Shown here: in pieces, positions 51,001 through 63,000 of the stretch
Layout: every line of letters begins with the position of its first letter
How positions within the stretch are numbered: position 1 is the first letter of the stretch
Assembly (NCBI GenBank): GCA_024704765.1
Contig: JAKMXF010000303.1
Location: 189,266 to 253,265, forward strand
Reading direction: 5' to 3'
Source: Oopsacas minuta
Lineage: Eukaryota; Animalia; Porifera
Length of the DNA stretch: 64,000 bases
Position numbers and translations under genes: made by a program
Notes under the pieces: generated by a model
Databases searched by the model: none
The model's input: only the letters and a program-made list of their open reading frames with translations
What the model was told of the DNA's origin: nothing

Positions 51001-54000
51001 CTCAATTGAATTGTTCTCTCGAACGCTCTAAATTACTCTACCACTCTATCAACCTATGAACTGATGGAGAAGCCGTTTGAAGTCCTGATAGCCATTCTTC
51101 TCCCCTTGCGAAATACACAATATTCCCTCCAACAAATATCACTTGGACTGGATGAAAATTTTGTTACCCTTGCAAAACCTAGCCTGAAAGTGGGATACAA
51201 GATCAAATTGAACTCTGGATGCGTGAAAGTAGCATTGATGAGTTGGGGGATTACCAAGAATATGGAGGGATAATAACTTGGATTGGTGATGAGTTACCAC
51301 ACTAGGCCTCTCCTTACTTACCTTAAAAGCATTGCTTTTAGATTATCTCTCTAGGACACAAATATTATAGATTTTAGTGTTACCGTATTTGGATATGATA
51401 AACAATTAGTATAATATGTTATAAGTATAAATACATTCAATTACGGATTTTAACGACAAATTTCTATTCCTGCTGCATCCAAATCACATTGGGACGACTT
51501 TGGGGCAACTCATACTATGTATTGCAGAATGTTATCGAGCATGTCAACAACTTCTGGCTAAATCTGTTAAATAGCACATATTATATATGTAAGCGATAAT
51601 TGAAGGAAACGCTAGATTATACAAGCCCACTACTTGCTCTAGCGGTTAAACATTTGATGTTTCAAACTTGGGACTTTTGGCTCCCTCAACTCGTGACCAA
51701 CTATCAACTACTTTGTTCCAACTTTATAGAAATAGGACAAACAGATAATCAAGATTACAGTACTACCTCGAAAAATAGTCGGGACGATTATATATTTCAA
51801 GCCCTTCTCAGAGGGTTTAAACGTTTTTCATTGGGCTAATATTTTCGAGCACCAGCAAAATCCGTACACAAACATCGTATGAGTCGCATGAGTTTGTACA
51901 CAAACGTCGCATGAGGTACTGTACACAATGTCTCCCTCCGAGTAGTTATAGTAGCCAAAACAAGCTAATATCGTACAAAATTACAAGAAGCTAATATGAT
52001 AGATATTCCCATATTTATCTTGTGTTATTTTCTCTGTTAGAATTCTGAAATGCTTTCAAATCCACGCTACCCGTTTTTTTCAACAGTTTCTGACTCAAAT
52101 ATTTTACACATCGACTACAGAAATCCCTGATGATCTGTTTTACAAATTGTTAGAATTATTTGTAACAAAGAGAGATGAGAGATTGTGTGAAATTACAAGT
52201 GATATCAATCTGTTTCAAGAAGATAGGATGCATCCTTCTCAAGGACTACGGTGTATCATACTTGGTTTAATATTTAGACGAGGGTTAGTTTTTAAGACTT
52301 TTATGAATAGTGACCATGGATGTTGCCTTGTTTGCAACAAAATTTCATGGGACAGTTACATCATGTATCAGGGCCATAGCACCCAGTCCGAATCGGTTTC
52401 TAATGTCGACCCACCCAATTCGTGCAAAACCAGTGTCTTTTTAGTCAAAGCTGTTAGTACATATATTGTGAAGTATGCACGTCGTGATAAATGCATGAAA
52501 CTTCTCAAACTGATATTAGGCATCTTGGAAAATTTTGAAAAATTCGAAGCAATCTAGCTCTGCCTTATGTCAACCTTTGTCAGCGAATTTTAATATATTA
52601 CAGTGTAAGCTGCTTAATCGGGACAGCTCGGGAGTCAATGTTTTGTCCCGATTAAGCGGCTTCCACTGTAGTCCGGTTTCGAAATTCCTGTGTTATCAAT
52701 GTATACTAGCCAGTCCGATTGTTTTTAGATCAACTTTTTATAGTCATATTCGTATAGGGCATCAAATCACAGCAAATTTTCGCTAGCAACGGAAAATATC
52801 GTTAGGAATGGATAGTTGAGGGTGGTGTTCGTTTTTGCCTGTTGCGCTACTAATCAGATCTCTGCCCTGATGCCCACGTAATGAGTCCTTACCTTACCAT
52901 TTTGATCATATTCTATTGATTTTCGTTAAAACTAGGATCTTATTCAGTGTTAATTCAAGAACAAATTCATAGATTCTTTGGCTTTGGCCTGAACTTTTGA
53001 CTTATGGCAAAAGACTTAGCATGATCCCTGTATGATCCATGAACTTTGATAAGAACCTGGCTACTTTTAGTATTGGCATGTTATGTGGCGTGAATAAGGT
53101 ATGTGCTTTTCAAGTTTGTGAATTGAACTTTGTGGACACAATCTGCCAACGGTTTTCTAAGATCCTTAATTTGCATTATAAATATTGTTCTGGTATTTTG
53201 TGTGTTCTTGTGTGAATTTGAAATTTGACAACATTATGGATACATGAAGTTACCCTAAGATTACAAGAACTGCAAATATACACAGTAGAAAACGGTTATA
53301 CGTACATTCCCAGAAAATTATATTTTCTACTCTTGTACTAATTGTAAGAAGAATATTCAGATTAGACGTACTTCGGTTAGTAGTTAGTACGTACAGATTT
53401 TGTTCCTGAGAAGTGCGTCTTATCTGAGTTATACTGTATTATTGATCCTATTGAGTTTAAAACATTTTTATGAGGCAAGCCCCAAGCCCCAGACCCCCAA
53501 ATATTCACTCCCTACGCACTCTCTGGATCTCCCTGTCCAGAGCGGTTCTAATCCCGATGATATGGCCCTGTGTTAGGTGGCTTAAATGATTCAATTGAAC
53601 TTGCGAGGTGAGTGAGGTATAATCATATTTTCAATATGTAATTATAGAATATAGAATATTGAATTAAACCTGAAATGAACCTGAAATCTCCTCAAATTCA
53701 GCTCAGGTCATCTACCACTCATGCTGTACTCCTAACAAATGGTCCCTACAAATCCTTAATACGAGTCTACGCTTTCTGTTTTCATATGTATAATTTTTAG
53801 GTATGAAAGAATCAGGAATTACCTGTCTGGGCTAATGGGTGACATTTGGCCAACAGTAGCGCTCAAAACAACAACACATAAAGATGATATGGCAATAATT
53901 GTATTGCAAAGCTTAGAGGTTTGAACAACAGTTCTCTTGTTTACCCAACGTGGCACATACATACGTATAGTATAATCACTTTCACCTAATTCAATATTTT

Positions 54001-57000
54001 CGTAAAATGATGTAATGATAAGGAATTTTCCAAATTATAATTCGCGATTATAACACTATACAAAACTTCTGAGATCCAAATGAATACTTAATTCTAAACA
54101 TGATTCAGACGGATAGCTAATTATCAATTCTGTGTATACCTACTAAATATTTTTGTTTAATATTTCTGTTTTCATCTTTTAGAATTTTCATTACCATCGC
54201 TTATCTGAACATTACTCTTTAGATAAAAAATTTCGTTACATTATTAATCTCCTTGAGGATGAATGCTTAGCTAACTCCATTCAAACGAAAATAGTTTCTC
54301 ACGAGTTATTAGAATCTGTGGCTATTTTAAGGGTGGCTGTTGTTTGGCTCGTTAAGTATTATTATCAATATGAATTTAAATCAAGTTATCTGAATTCCCA
54401 AGCCGAAGAGACTAGTGATAAAGTTCATAAGAATATGGAATATCAGAGTTGTTTGAAACAGTTTAAGAAGATATGTAACAAAAGTGCTGTGTATTCCAAA
54501 TATATGCTATCATTCTTTTTGAAATCTCTTTACTTTTATACTGGGTATGGTGATCTTGTTTCTTATTTCAGAATAGACTGGTGGCTTTATCCTGTATATT
54601 CAGATTTCACTTCTTTGGAAAATGTAAGTGATAACATTATCAATATCTTATTCTGGATAATTATAATTCATTTCAGTCATTTTTCAATCCAATAATGACT
54701 CTTTTGAGATACACAAGCACCTGCTTCAAATCAAATGTTGGACCTGTTTACAAATCATTTTGGTTTACTTCCCAATCATTTGGAGTGCTCGCACCTTCGA
54801 AATGAGTACGTAGTGACGTCTGTTCACTGTCCTGAAAATAATTTCTCTAGATATTGCATTTTGCCAAGGTCTGAACTTTTGACATTTACTTGTATTTATT
54901 TCAAAATTATGAAAAGAAGGTATCTTTCTTATAGAACACTTTTCTTGATCTGTTTTATGGATGTGATTCAAAATACAAAGAAAAGAAGAAGCAGGTTAGC
55001 GGGCTCATATAGTAACCGAAACTAACTATAATTATTTTGTATACGAGATCCTCTATACCAAGTACAATATATATTTCGGTATAATTTCTCTTATAGAAAG
55101 ATAAAAGAGTTGTCAATCAAAGCCTCTTATTCGAAATATTTAGTTCATCATGTACTCACTACATGAAAAGCTGTCAAAACCTACTACCAGACAAAAGAGC
55201 AAGCATGCGACGCAAGTCAGAAGTAATTACAAATTCATTAAATTCGTTATATTTCAGCTTAAGGGACCGCAATAATTACTCGATTTATGTGGAGTTCAAT
55301 ATGACTGATGAATTTATGTTACTTGGGCGGTTTAGGACCATATTTGTACAGTTTCAGACTTTCACTCAATCAGTTATATTGAACCCCTCTTGGGTTAGCG
55401 AGGTGATGTTGTCGAAATCCAGGGAGGTACAACAAAAATACGAGTGGTACTGACTGAATGTAATAAATTCGAGAAATATCTTAGGGATCGAACAGTTTAA
55501 TTAAGCGAAAAGCCAAGTAATACCTCTCCATTGATTCCTTATAGGGAACACTGTTCATTTATCCTACTTGGGTATAACTGAAGTTTAGTGTATTAGTTAT
55601 AATATTGATTATGTTTTGTGTGAAATTTAGATAAATACACATTTCTGTAGTTGGGGCCTAGCCTGGAGAAACTTAGTCGATCTCTCCCTGACGAATTACA
55701 AGAATTAGCTTTTGATATCCTCAAAAACAGATTCCTTAATATGTCTTGCTTTGTCTTTACTAAATATACTAACCTAAACACAATCTTCATTGCTGGTTTA
55801 CTTTGTCATATCGCTATATTTCTTTTTCATGCAAAGGATGACACATTCTTTAATCCTCTTACCTCAATCCATTACAACCCATCAGCTCTTCTAGAGACAT
55901 TCTTACCTACTATATCCACTACTATTAAGCCATTAACTGCTTCCATAACACCAATACCTGCTGAAGTGAATCAGAATGTTTCACCCTCAAAAGTGAGTTA
56001 AAGTATTTCTCAAAGGCTCGTATATCACTATATCCATTATGTACTGTATACAGTTAACATCCGGTCTGGTAGCTCAAACCCGGAAACTCTGATCGAAAAT
56101 CTAATGTTAGGGATAACGAATGTTCCAAGTAACCGGCATCCGAAATATCGAACTCAATTTCTATACAAACCGGGGAATTAACATTCTTTCGGGTTACCGA
56201 ATGTTGACTGTACTTATAATTATATATATTGGAACTGCATATGAGTTTATTTTTGTAATTGAAGACACATCCTCACTATTCTTCTCATTCCACTCCAACT
56301 CATAATACTCGATCTAAAAGAGTTTTACACGCTCTAGGGGACCCGTTAGAACGATCAGATATCCTTCCCACAGGAATAAGGTAACTATTCCATTTTGATA
56401 TTATCTAATAATCCTTTTCTATTGTCTCTACTGGTAATATTAAAAACAGGGACGTAGATAGCATTAATTATTGTTGCGGTTATAGCCTATGGGGCGGCAT
56501 TCATCACATCACCATACTTGTCTGAATGCCAATAAGCATTTCACTATAAGAACACCACTGAACATTCCTTATGAAGGAGCATGCTGTGATGTAAAAATTT
56601 TCTTACCTTCATTAGCTCATTCCACCGATTTTGTTAAGATTTCAAATTAGGGTTGTTCTAAGAACCAATCTCGGTTGCTATATACAAAGTTCGCAGCAAG
56701 CTAGATTACTAGACATCCTCCAGGAACCTATTTAGTGACCTGTATCATGAGATTCCTGGGATATTTGTATATAGCAACATAAGTTGCATGCAATTTGATT
56801 AGGATTAATTCAATGTTTCACTGATGCTTTTCTCTCTAGAAACATTTCTGCTATTTCAGTAGCTCTTCTCCGGGTTATCATACACTCTATATTTACATAC
56901 ACATTGCAAACTCTAAATAGAGAATGTCCTTCTAATATTACACAATTAGTTGAGTGTACTGAACCTCGTACTTGTTCAAAATACTTCTTCCTTCATCTAA

Positions 57001-60000
57001 TCCAGGATATCAGAGATGTCACCTCCATCACTAACACAACTTTTGAAGAAGCAGTGCTTATTGTTCATATTTTAATAGATCGGTTATTTACAATAATCCC
57101 GGATAAACGTATGTATTTATTTGACATTTTCTACCCATCTAGCCCCAGTGTTCCCCCTAAGCCAAGTTATGGGTCACATTTGGTCGGCCTCATGGCCTGT
57201 TTTATAGGCCGAAACCTATCTAATTGTGGCAAAGTTCCTGCTGGAGATTACGACACTTTTCAGAACATCAAATGAAATCCTTTCCATACTCTCTATTCCT
57301 TCCACAATGTTGGCAGACTTCTTTCTGAACATATATTACAACAGCACTCCTGATTTATGTTTACGTTGCGAACTTGCAGCCATCTGGAATATTCTTTTGC
57401 CATAGTTTTACGGAAGGCATTCTATAAATGAAACAAAAGAAACACTCCGTAAGGGAAATAAATTTTATAAAAATATTGTAATTACTAATTGGTCGTTTAA
57501 AATTAGCATTGAGTGTAGAAAAACATTCGAAAGAATATAAAAACCAGTACTCCACAGGGAAATTCACGCAAACTTTAGATTATGATTGGCTATAGGAAAT
57601 TTTGAAATATTCATTTTGATCGGCTGCAGATCCGAAATGACCGGCCGGTCAAAACGCTTAGGGGGAACACTGTCTAGCCCACTGAATTATCAGTCCTTAT
57701 GAATTTCAATAATGAAAAATCGAATATGTGTCAATGACGTCATAATTAGTATTAGTAATACAGTTGTAGATATGAGTATTTCTTGAGATTGTAACGAGAA
57801 ACAATCTGCTGACCTAAAATATTCCCGATCAGAATCATAACTGGAAGGAAGAGAGCTGCAATGTTAGGAGGGAGTCCTGGTTGCTTTGAGAGAATTAGAG
57901 ATGAGAACAAAATGATAAATGAGTAACCACTCAGTGGTGTGAAATCATTGAATGTATCGTAGAGATTTCTTGGCTCTAAAATGACCGGAGTGCGTTTCTA
58001 GATAATATAGAAGCATATGATTCCACCCCAACAGGTAGCATACTATAGCAGTGATAGCACTTATAACAAAACCAATTGCGGGATTGGTATTCCTGATGAT
58101 GTAATATGCATTATTCTCATTAACATATACTCTCTCATAATATTAGTTGTAAACAAAGAAAAGATATTTCAATATTCTCTTGCTCGACTTCTTGGATACA
58201 AAGATGAATAAAGAAGGTGTGTATAATTTGTATTTGATTACTATACGAAGTCATTAATACAAAGTTATTGCAATTAATTATCAAATTTAGCTTAAGAGTC
58301 TATATTAAATACAAATTGTACTTCACAACAATAACATGAGAGAATTTCCTATTCTATTCCTAGCTCTGACTTGTTATATTGGTGTTCTGCTCATTGGATT
58401 TGAGGGAGGTTATGTCTCTCCTACAGCTAGCTCTCTCTCATGCAATACACCCTCTTAACAATGAATATTCTACCCATTTTTGCTGGATTAATATTCCTAG
58501 GTTCCTTAGTAATGCTGCCTATACTGAGTTTCGCATCTCAGACAATCAACATTAAGGCCCTGCTGATAGTGTTATCAGTACCCGGTTGTATAGGTTGGTT
58601 CACAGCTGTTTTAAGCAATGACGTGTATACAATAATGTTAGGAAGATTCCTGTTGGGTATACAGTCTTCTATTCTGTTCCTTACTAGTGTTTACCTTGGA
58701 GAGTGTTCTCCACTTAACAGAGGTAGATTCTATTGTAGTGGAGTAGCTCTGTCTATGCGATTCGGTACAGTTCTGATATATGCACTTGGCATATGGGTGT
58801 CATTTCGTTGGCTGGCAATGACGGCTATCATCCTGGAATTTATCTTTGTATGTATGCTGTTGTTAAACCCTGTATCAGCAACTGGTTGGTGCAACAAGGA
58901 TTGGTGGACAGAACCAAGAAATCTCTACTCTATATCAACGGAAATTCTTTCGATTCTGATAGCGAAATTCAATATGAAACACAACATTAGGAAACTAACT
59001 ATAAGAGGGAAAATAGCTCAATTATATCTAAATGGAGAGTAGTTAAACCTATTCTCATCATTTCTACGCTCAATATGTTCATACCACTGAGTGGTTACTC
59101 ATTTATCATTTCGTTCTCATCTCTAATTCTTTCAAAGCAACGAGGACTCCTTCCTAACATTGCAGCTCTCTTCCTTCCAGTTATGATTCTGTTTAGGAAT
59201 ATTTTAGGTCAGCAGATTGTTTCTCGTTACAATCTTAGGAAAATACTCATATCTACAACTGTATTCTCATATTATCTCATTTATCAATGACAATATACTT
59301 TACAATAGCTGAGTACATAATGCATTATTCTGTCAATGATGATGGCAGTTCTTTCTGTTATACCTTTAGTTTCTGGCCTATCCTCAACATAGCACTTATG
59401 GTATTAGTTTTCGTAAGGGACTAGATTCTGTTATTTATACACTAGTTGATGAGGCATTTGACTGTAACACAGAGAACTCTCAGTCTGCATTTTACACACA
59501 GTAGGAACAGTTATAGCAATTGTAGTGATAATACTATTCCAATATATATTCACTGATTTGGGAGAAACGCTTATATTTGGTTTATTCTCTATATTCGTTA
59601 TTTCTGCTTTTCCTTTCGAATACTATATGATTAATCATTGTTGTTACAGTCAAATGCCTCTCACCAACTAGTGCAGCGGTTCACAATCTGGGGTCCACAG
59701 GATCTATAGCAGTCAATGGGAGGGGGTTCACAGAAAGTGTTGAAATTGGTATATGGGGTCCACGGGTGAAAAAGGTTGGGAACCGCTTGTAGGGGTTCGT
59801 TTGGGGGGAACCTCCACAAAATATCCAATTGTGATAAAACGTCTGGGGAGGCTCTCAAATTTAGGGGGGTGGCCCCCGAAATTTGACATTTGTGTAATTT
59901 TATTGGCCCCACTAATTTGTCTCCACATACTGTGTAAAATGGGGGGGGGCTCCCCAGATTTTGTTACCCCTTGGAAAGAGCACTATAGAGGCCTTTCAGA

Positions 60001-63000
60001 CGTTGCTTGACGCTACAGAGTAAATTTTTGTTGTTCTTTAGCTTTACACACTTAAAGTAACAGCTTTCAAAATATTTTCAAAAACATTGATCTAACGGCA
60101 ATGATAGAGTAATCGGGACGCTAATTTCGGATATGATATTGTAAATAACATGTGACGAATATTGTTGTACATATTACAAAAATCAAGAGTTCTGTTCCCC
60201 TCCCGAGGGTCGAAGGCCCAAGCGCGAACACAAAGGGTTCGCCCACTCGCGTAGCTCGAGCAAACAAAGCGCACTAGTAGTCTACTAATATATTTAGATA
60301 AAGTACAACACTACAAAGACTTGATTTAATAAGTTGTTAATGTATCTGAACTGTGGAAAATAATAATAATAAGATATAATGCTATGAAGAATTAGCTAAA
60401 ACTCCAGGTTCATGTGATCTAACGAATCACCTAAGAAGTAACCGATTAACTACAATATGTAAGCGACACTCGCTAGGTGGATCCACGATTCATTTGTTTT
60501 GTTATTGATTTTCCACTCAACACTCTTCGAATCTGATGAGAAAGATATTCAATTTATAGTTAAATCTGTTTTACGGCCACCTGCTCAACGGCCAATTATA
60601 TAGCAGTTCCACCCATAAAGTCTACCTTAACTGTTTCCAGTATATACAATTTACCATATAACGACCAATACTTCAAATTACTACCATATCAGTCCTGTTG
60701 GTGACCTCCAATTTTACACAGTGTGTGGAGACAAATGAGGGGGCCACCCCCCCTCAATTTGAGAGCCTCCCAGACATTATTTTATCACAATTGGATATTT
60801 TGGGGAGGCCCAAACGAACCCCTACACCGCTGAACTAGTGTATAAATCTAGTCCCATATCCAAACCTAATACCATATACAGAAACTAGTCCTATACCAAT
60901 ACAAATACCATATACAGGTATTCAGGTAAACCTCCGAAATGCTGCAATTTTGGGAGCAGTGCATGTGCCTGATCTTCAGTGATTGTAGAATTTTGGAAGT
61001 TTCCCCCATATAGCAATATGTTGTATGAAATTAAATCAGGAGAATTGGTTTGTGTCATATTTCAGAGGTTTCGCTTTTTGAGGTTTGCCTGTAGTGTTAT
61101 GTTGAGGATAGGGCAGAAACTAAATGTCTGTTTAATAAAATGAATTAAACTATTCATTCAATAAATCATTCCTTGACAACGAACAAACGAACAGACATAC
61201 ATACAGCAATTGAAATTTAACAATATACCTATATCTTATTTAGATGATTCGGCTCTTCCAGTTCTGCAGACAGAATGTGATCTTATCAGATGGGAAGAAA
61301 TGTTCGAAGATACTTTTGTGTCTAAGCTCGATATATTTAATAATGATAATGTATTAAGAGAGAAGATGCTAACTATATTTAATCAATCAAAGGATTGTGA
61401 CACAAAGCTATTACGGTTAGTGTTGTTATATTCAATTGTACCGATTATAAATCACCAGGGCATTAGGATCACGCGATCAGGATCCTTTTCTGACTATCAG
61501 AGATAGATACATTAATTAATCATCAATGATTAATTAATGTATTGTGGAACTCTTAGGAAAATTGGATGGATATGGAGATTCTATTAATCCAACATCAAAA
61601 TAATTTTCTAATATATATATTTCTAGTATATTTTTTGAAGAAGAAGGAAAAGATTTCAGTTCCAAGCTCTGGAGACATAGAAATATAATTAGTTATGATC
61701 ATCTTCTACAAGTTTTCACTTGTCAGAATCTCTATGAATCGAAAAAGTACCCAATTTTGGAGAAATTCTTGAAAGAACAACCTCTCTTAGCTGCTACCAA
61801 ATACATTCCTGAATTTGTGAAATTACTAAAGAATTTAATTCATATGACTACTGCTGTTTCTAATAATAACAAGAAAGTACAAGATATGTTTATTTCAGAT
61901 TTTATCCAGTTCATTCTCGAAGGTAGTATTTACTATTATACTACGGGTGTTCAATAAGTTCTGATCACTACCCCCCAAAGTACCCAAAAGTATGTTGTAC
62001 ACAAACAATCAGTGTTTAATTTTTCGAAATACTCCCCACTATTATTTATACAGCGTTGAAGACGCTCCAACCATTGTACAAAAATATTTTTATAGTCTTC
62101 CGGCGGTATCCGTTTGAGATACTGGAAAATCGCCGATCCTAGTTCTGCACTGTTGCTAAAATGACGACCAGAGAGGTATTCCTTAAGCTTAGGGAAGAGA
62201 TAGAAATCACAAGGAGCTAGATCTGGGCTGTAGGGTGGATGTTCAAGCTCAATCATCCCCATCCTTAAGATTTTTTCTTTGACTTGCTTAGTTTTGTGAG
62301 GACGGGCATTATCATGTAATAATCTCAACCCTTTAGCACCAGTCCTTTTTCTCCTCTTCAACAAGCTTTCTTCCACTGCACCAAGACAATTACTAGTGTA
62401 GAAGCTTCCAGTAACAGTTTGTCCCTTTGGAATTATCACCTGGGCCACTGGGCCATGTGCATCAAAAAATATGCAATACATGATCCTCGATGATCTGAAA
62501 TCTGGACGCGGTATCATCGGAGGGTCCGACTGCTTTCCTATCCACACCTTATTTGCCTGTTTGGAAAAAGGTGTGTTATACTGAACCCATGTCTCATCAC
62601 CAGTCACTATCTCAAATAATCTTCGCGGGTCGCATTCTTTGTAGGATTTAAGGAGATCACGACAACATCTCACCCTTGTCTCTTTCTGGGCCTTTGTGAG
62701 TAAATGTGGGACCCATCTGGCACAAACCTTCGTCAACTTGAGCTGTGATCTTAAAATGTGGTCTACACTTCCCATCGAGATGCCAACACTATTAGAAAGT
62801 TCCCTGATAGTTATATGTGGGTCTAGGTCTATCGGTTTCTTAATAGCGCACGATTTAATGGGAGATGCAGCCGTAATTGGTGCTCCAGGCCGAGGGTCAT
62901 CTTTGATAGACTTTCTTCCCAGCCTGAAACGCTGAGCCCATCTTCTGACTCCTGCATAAGACAGAGCACCTTTCGTAGTATAGACTTGAACCAAATCAAG

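Noticed and set aside
52147-53200. ORFs 52147-52557 and 52535-52786 and weak transposase/Myb-like words on the minus strand
   Set aside because: No convincing motifs; the second ORF runs through a MITE; probably decayed intronic repeats.
59661-60274. Short ORFs 59661-59912, 59728-59928, 59753-60010, 60092-60274
   Set aside because: Arise from GC-rich TIR sequence of the nested elements; no protein signatures.
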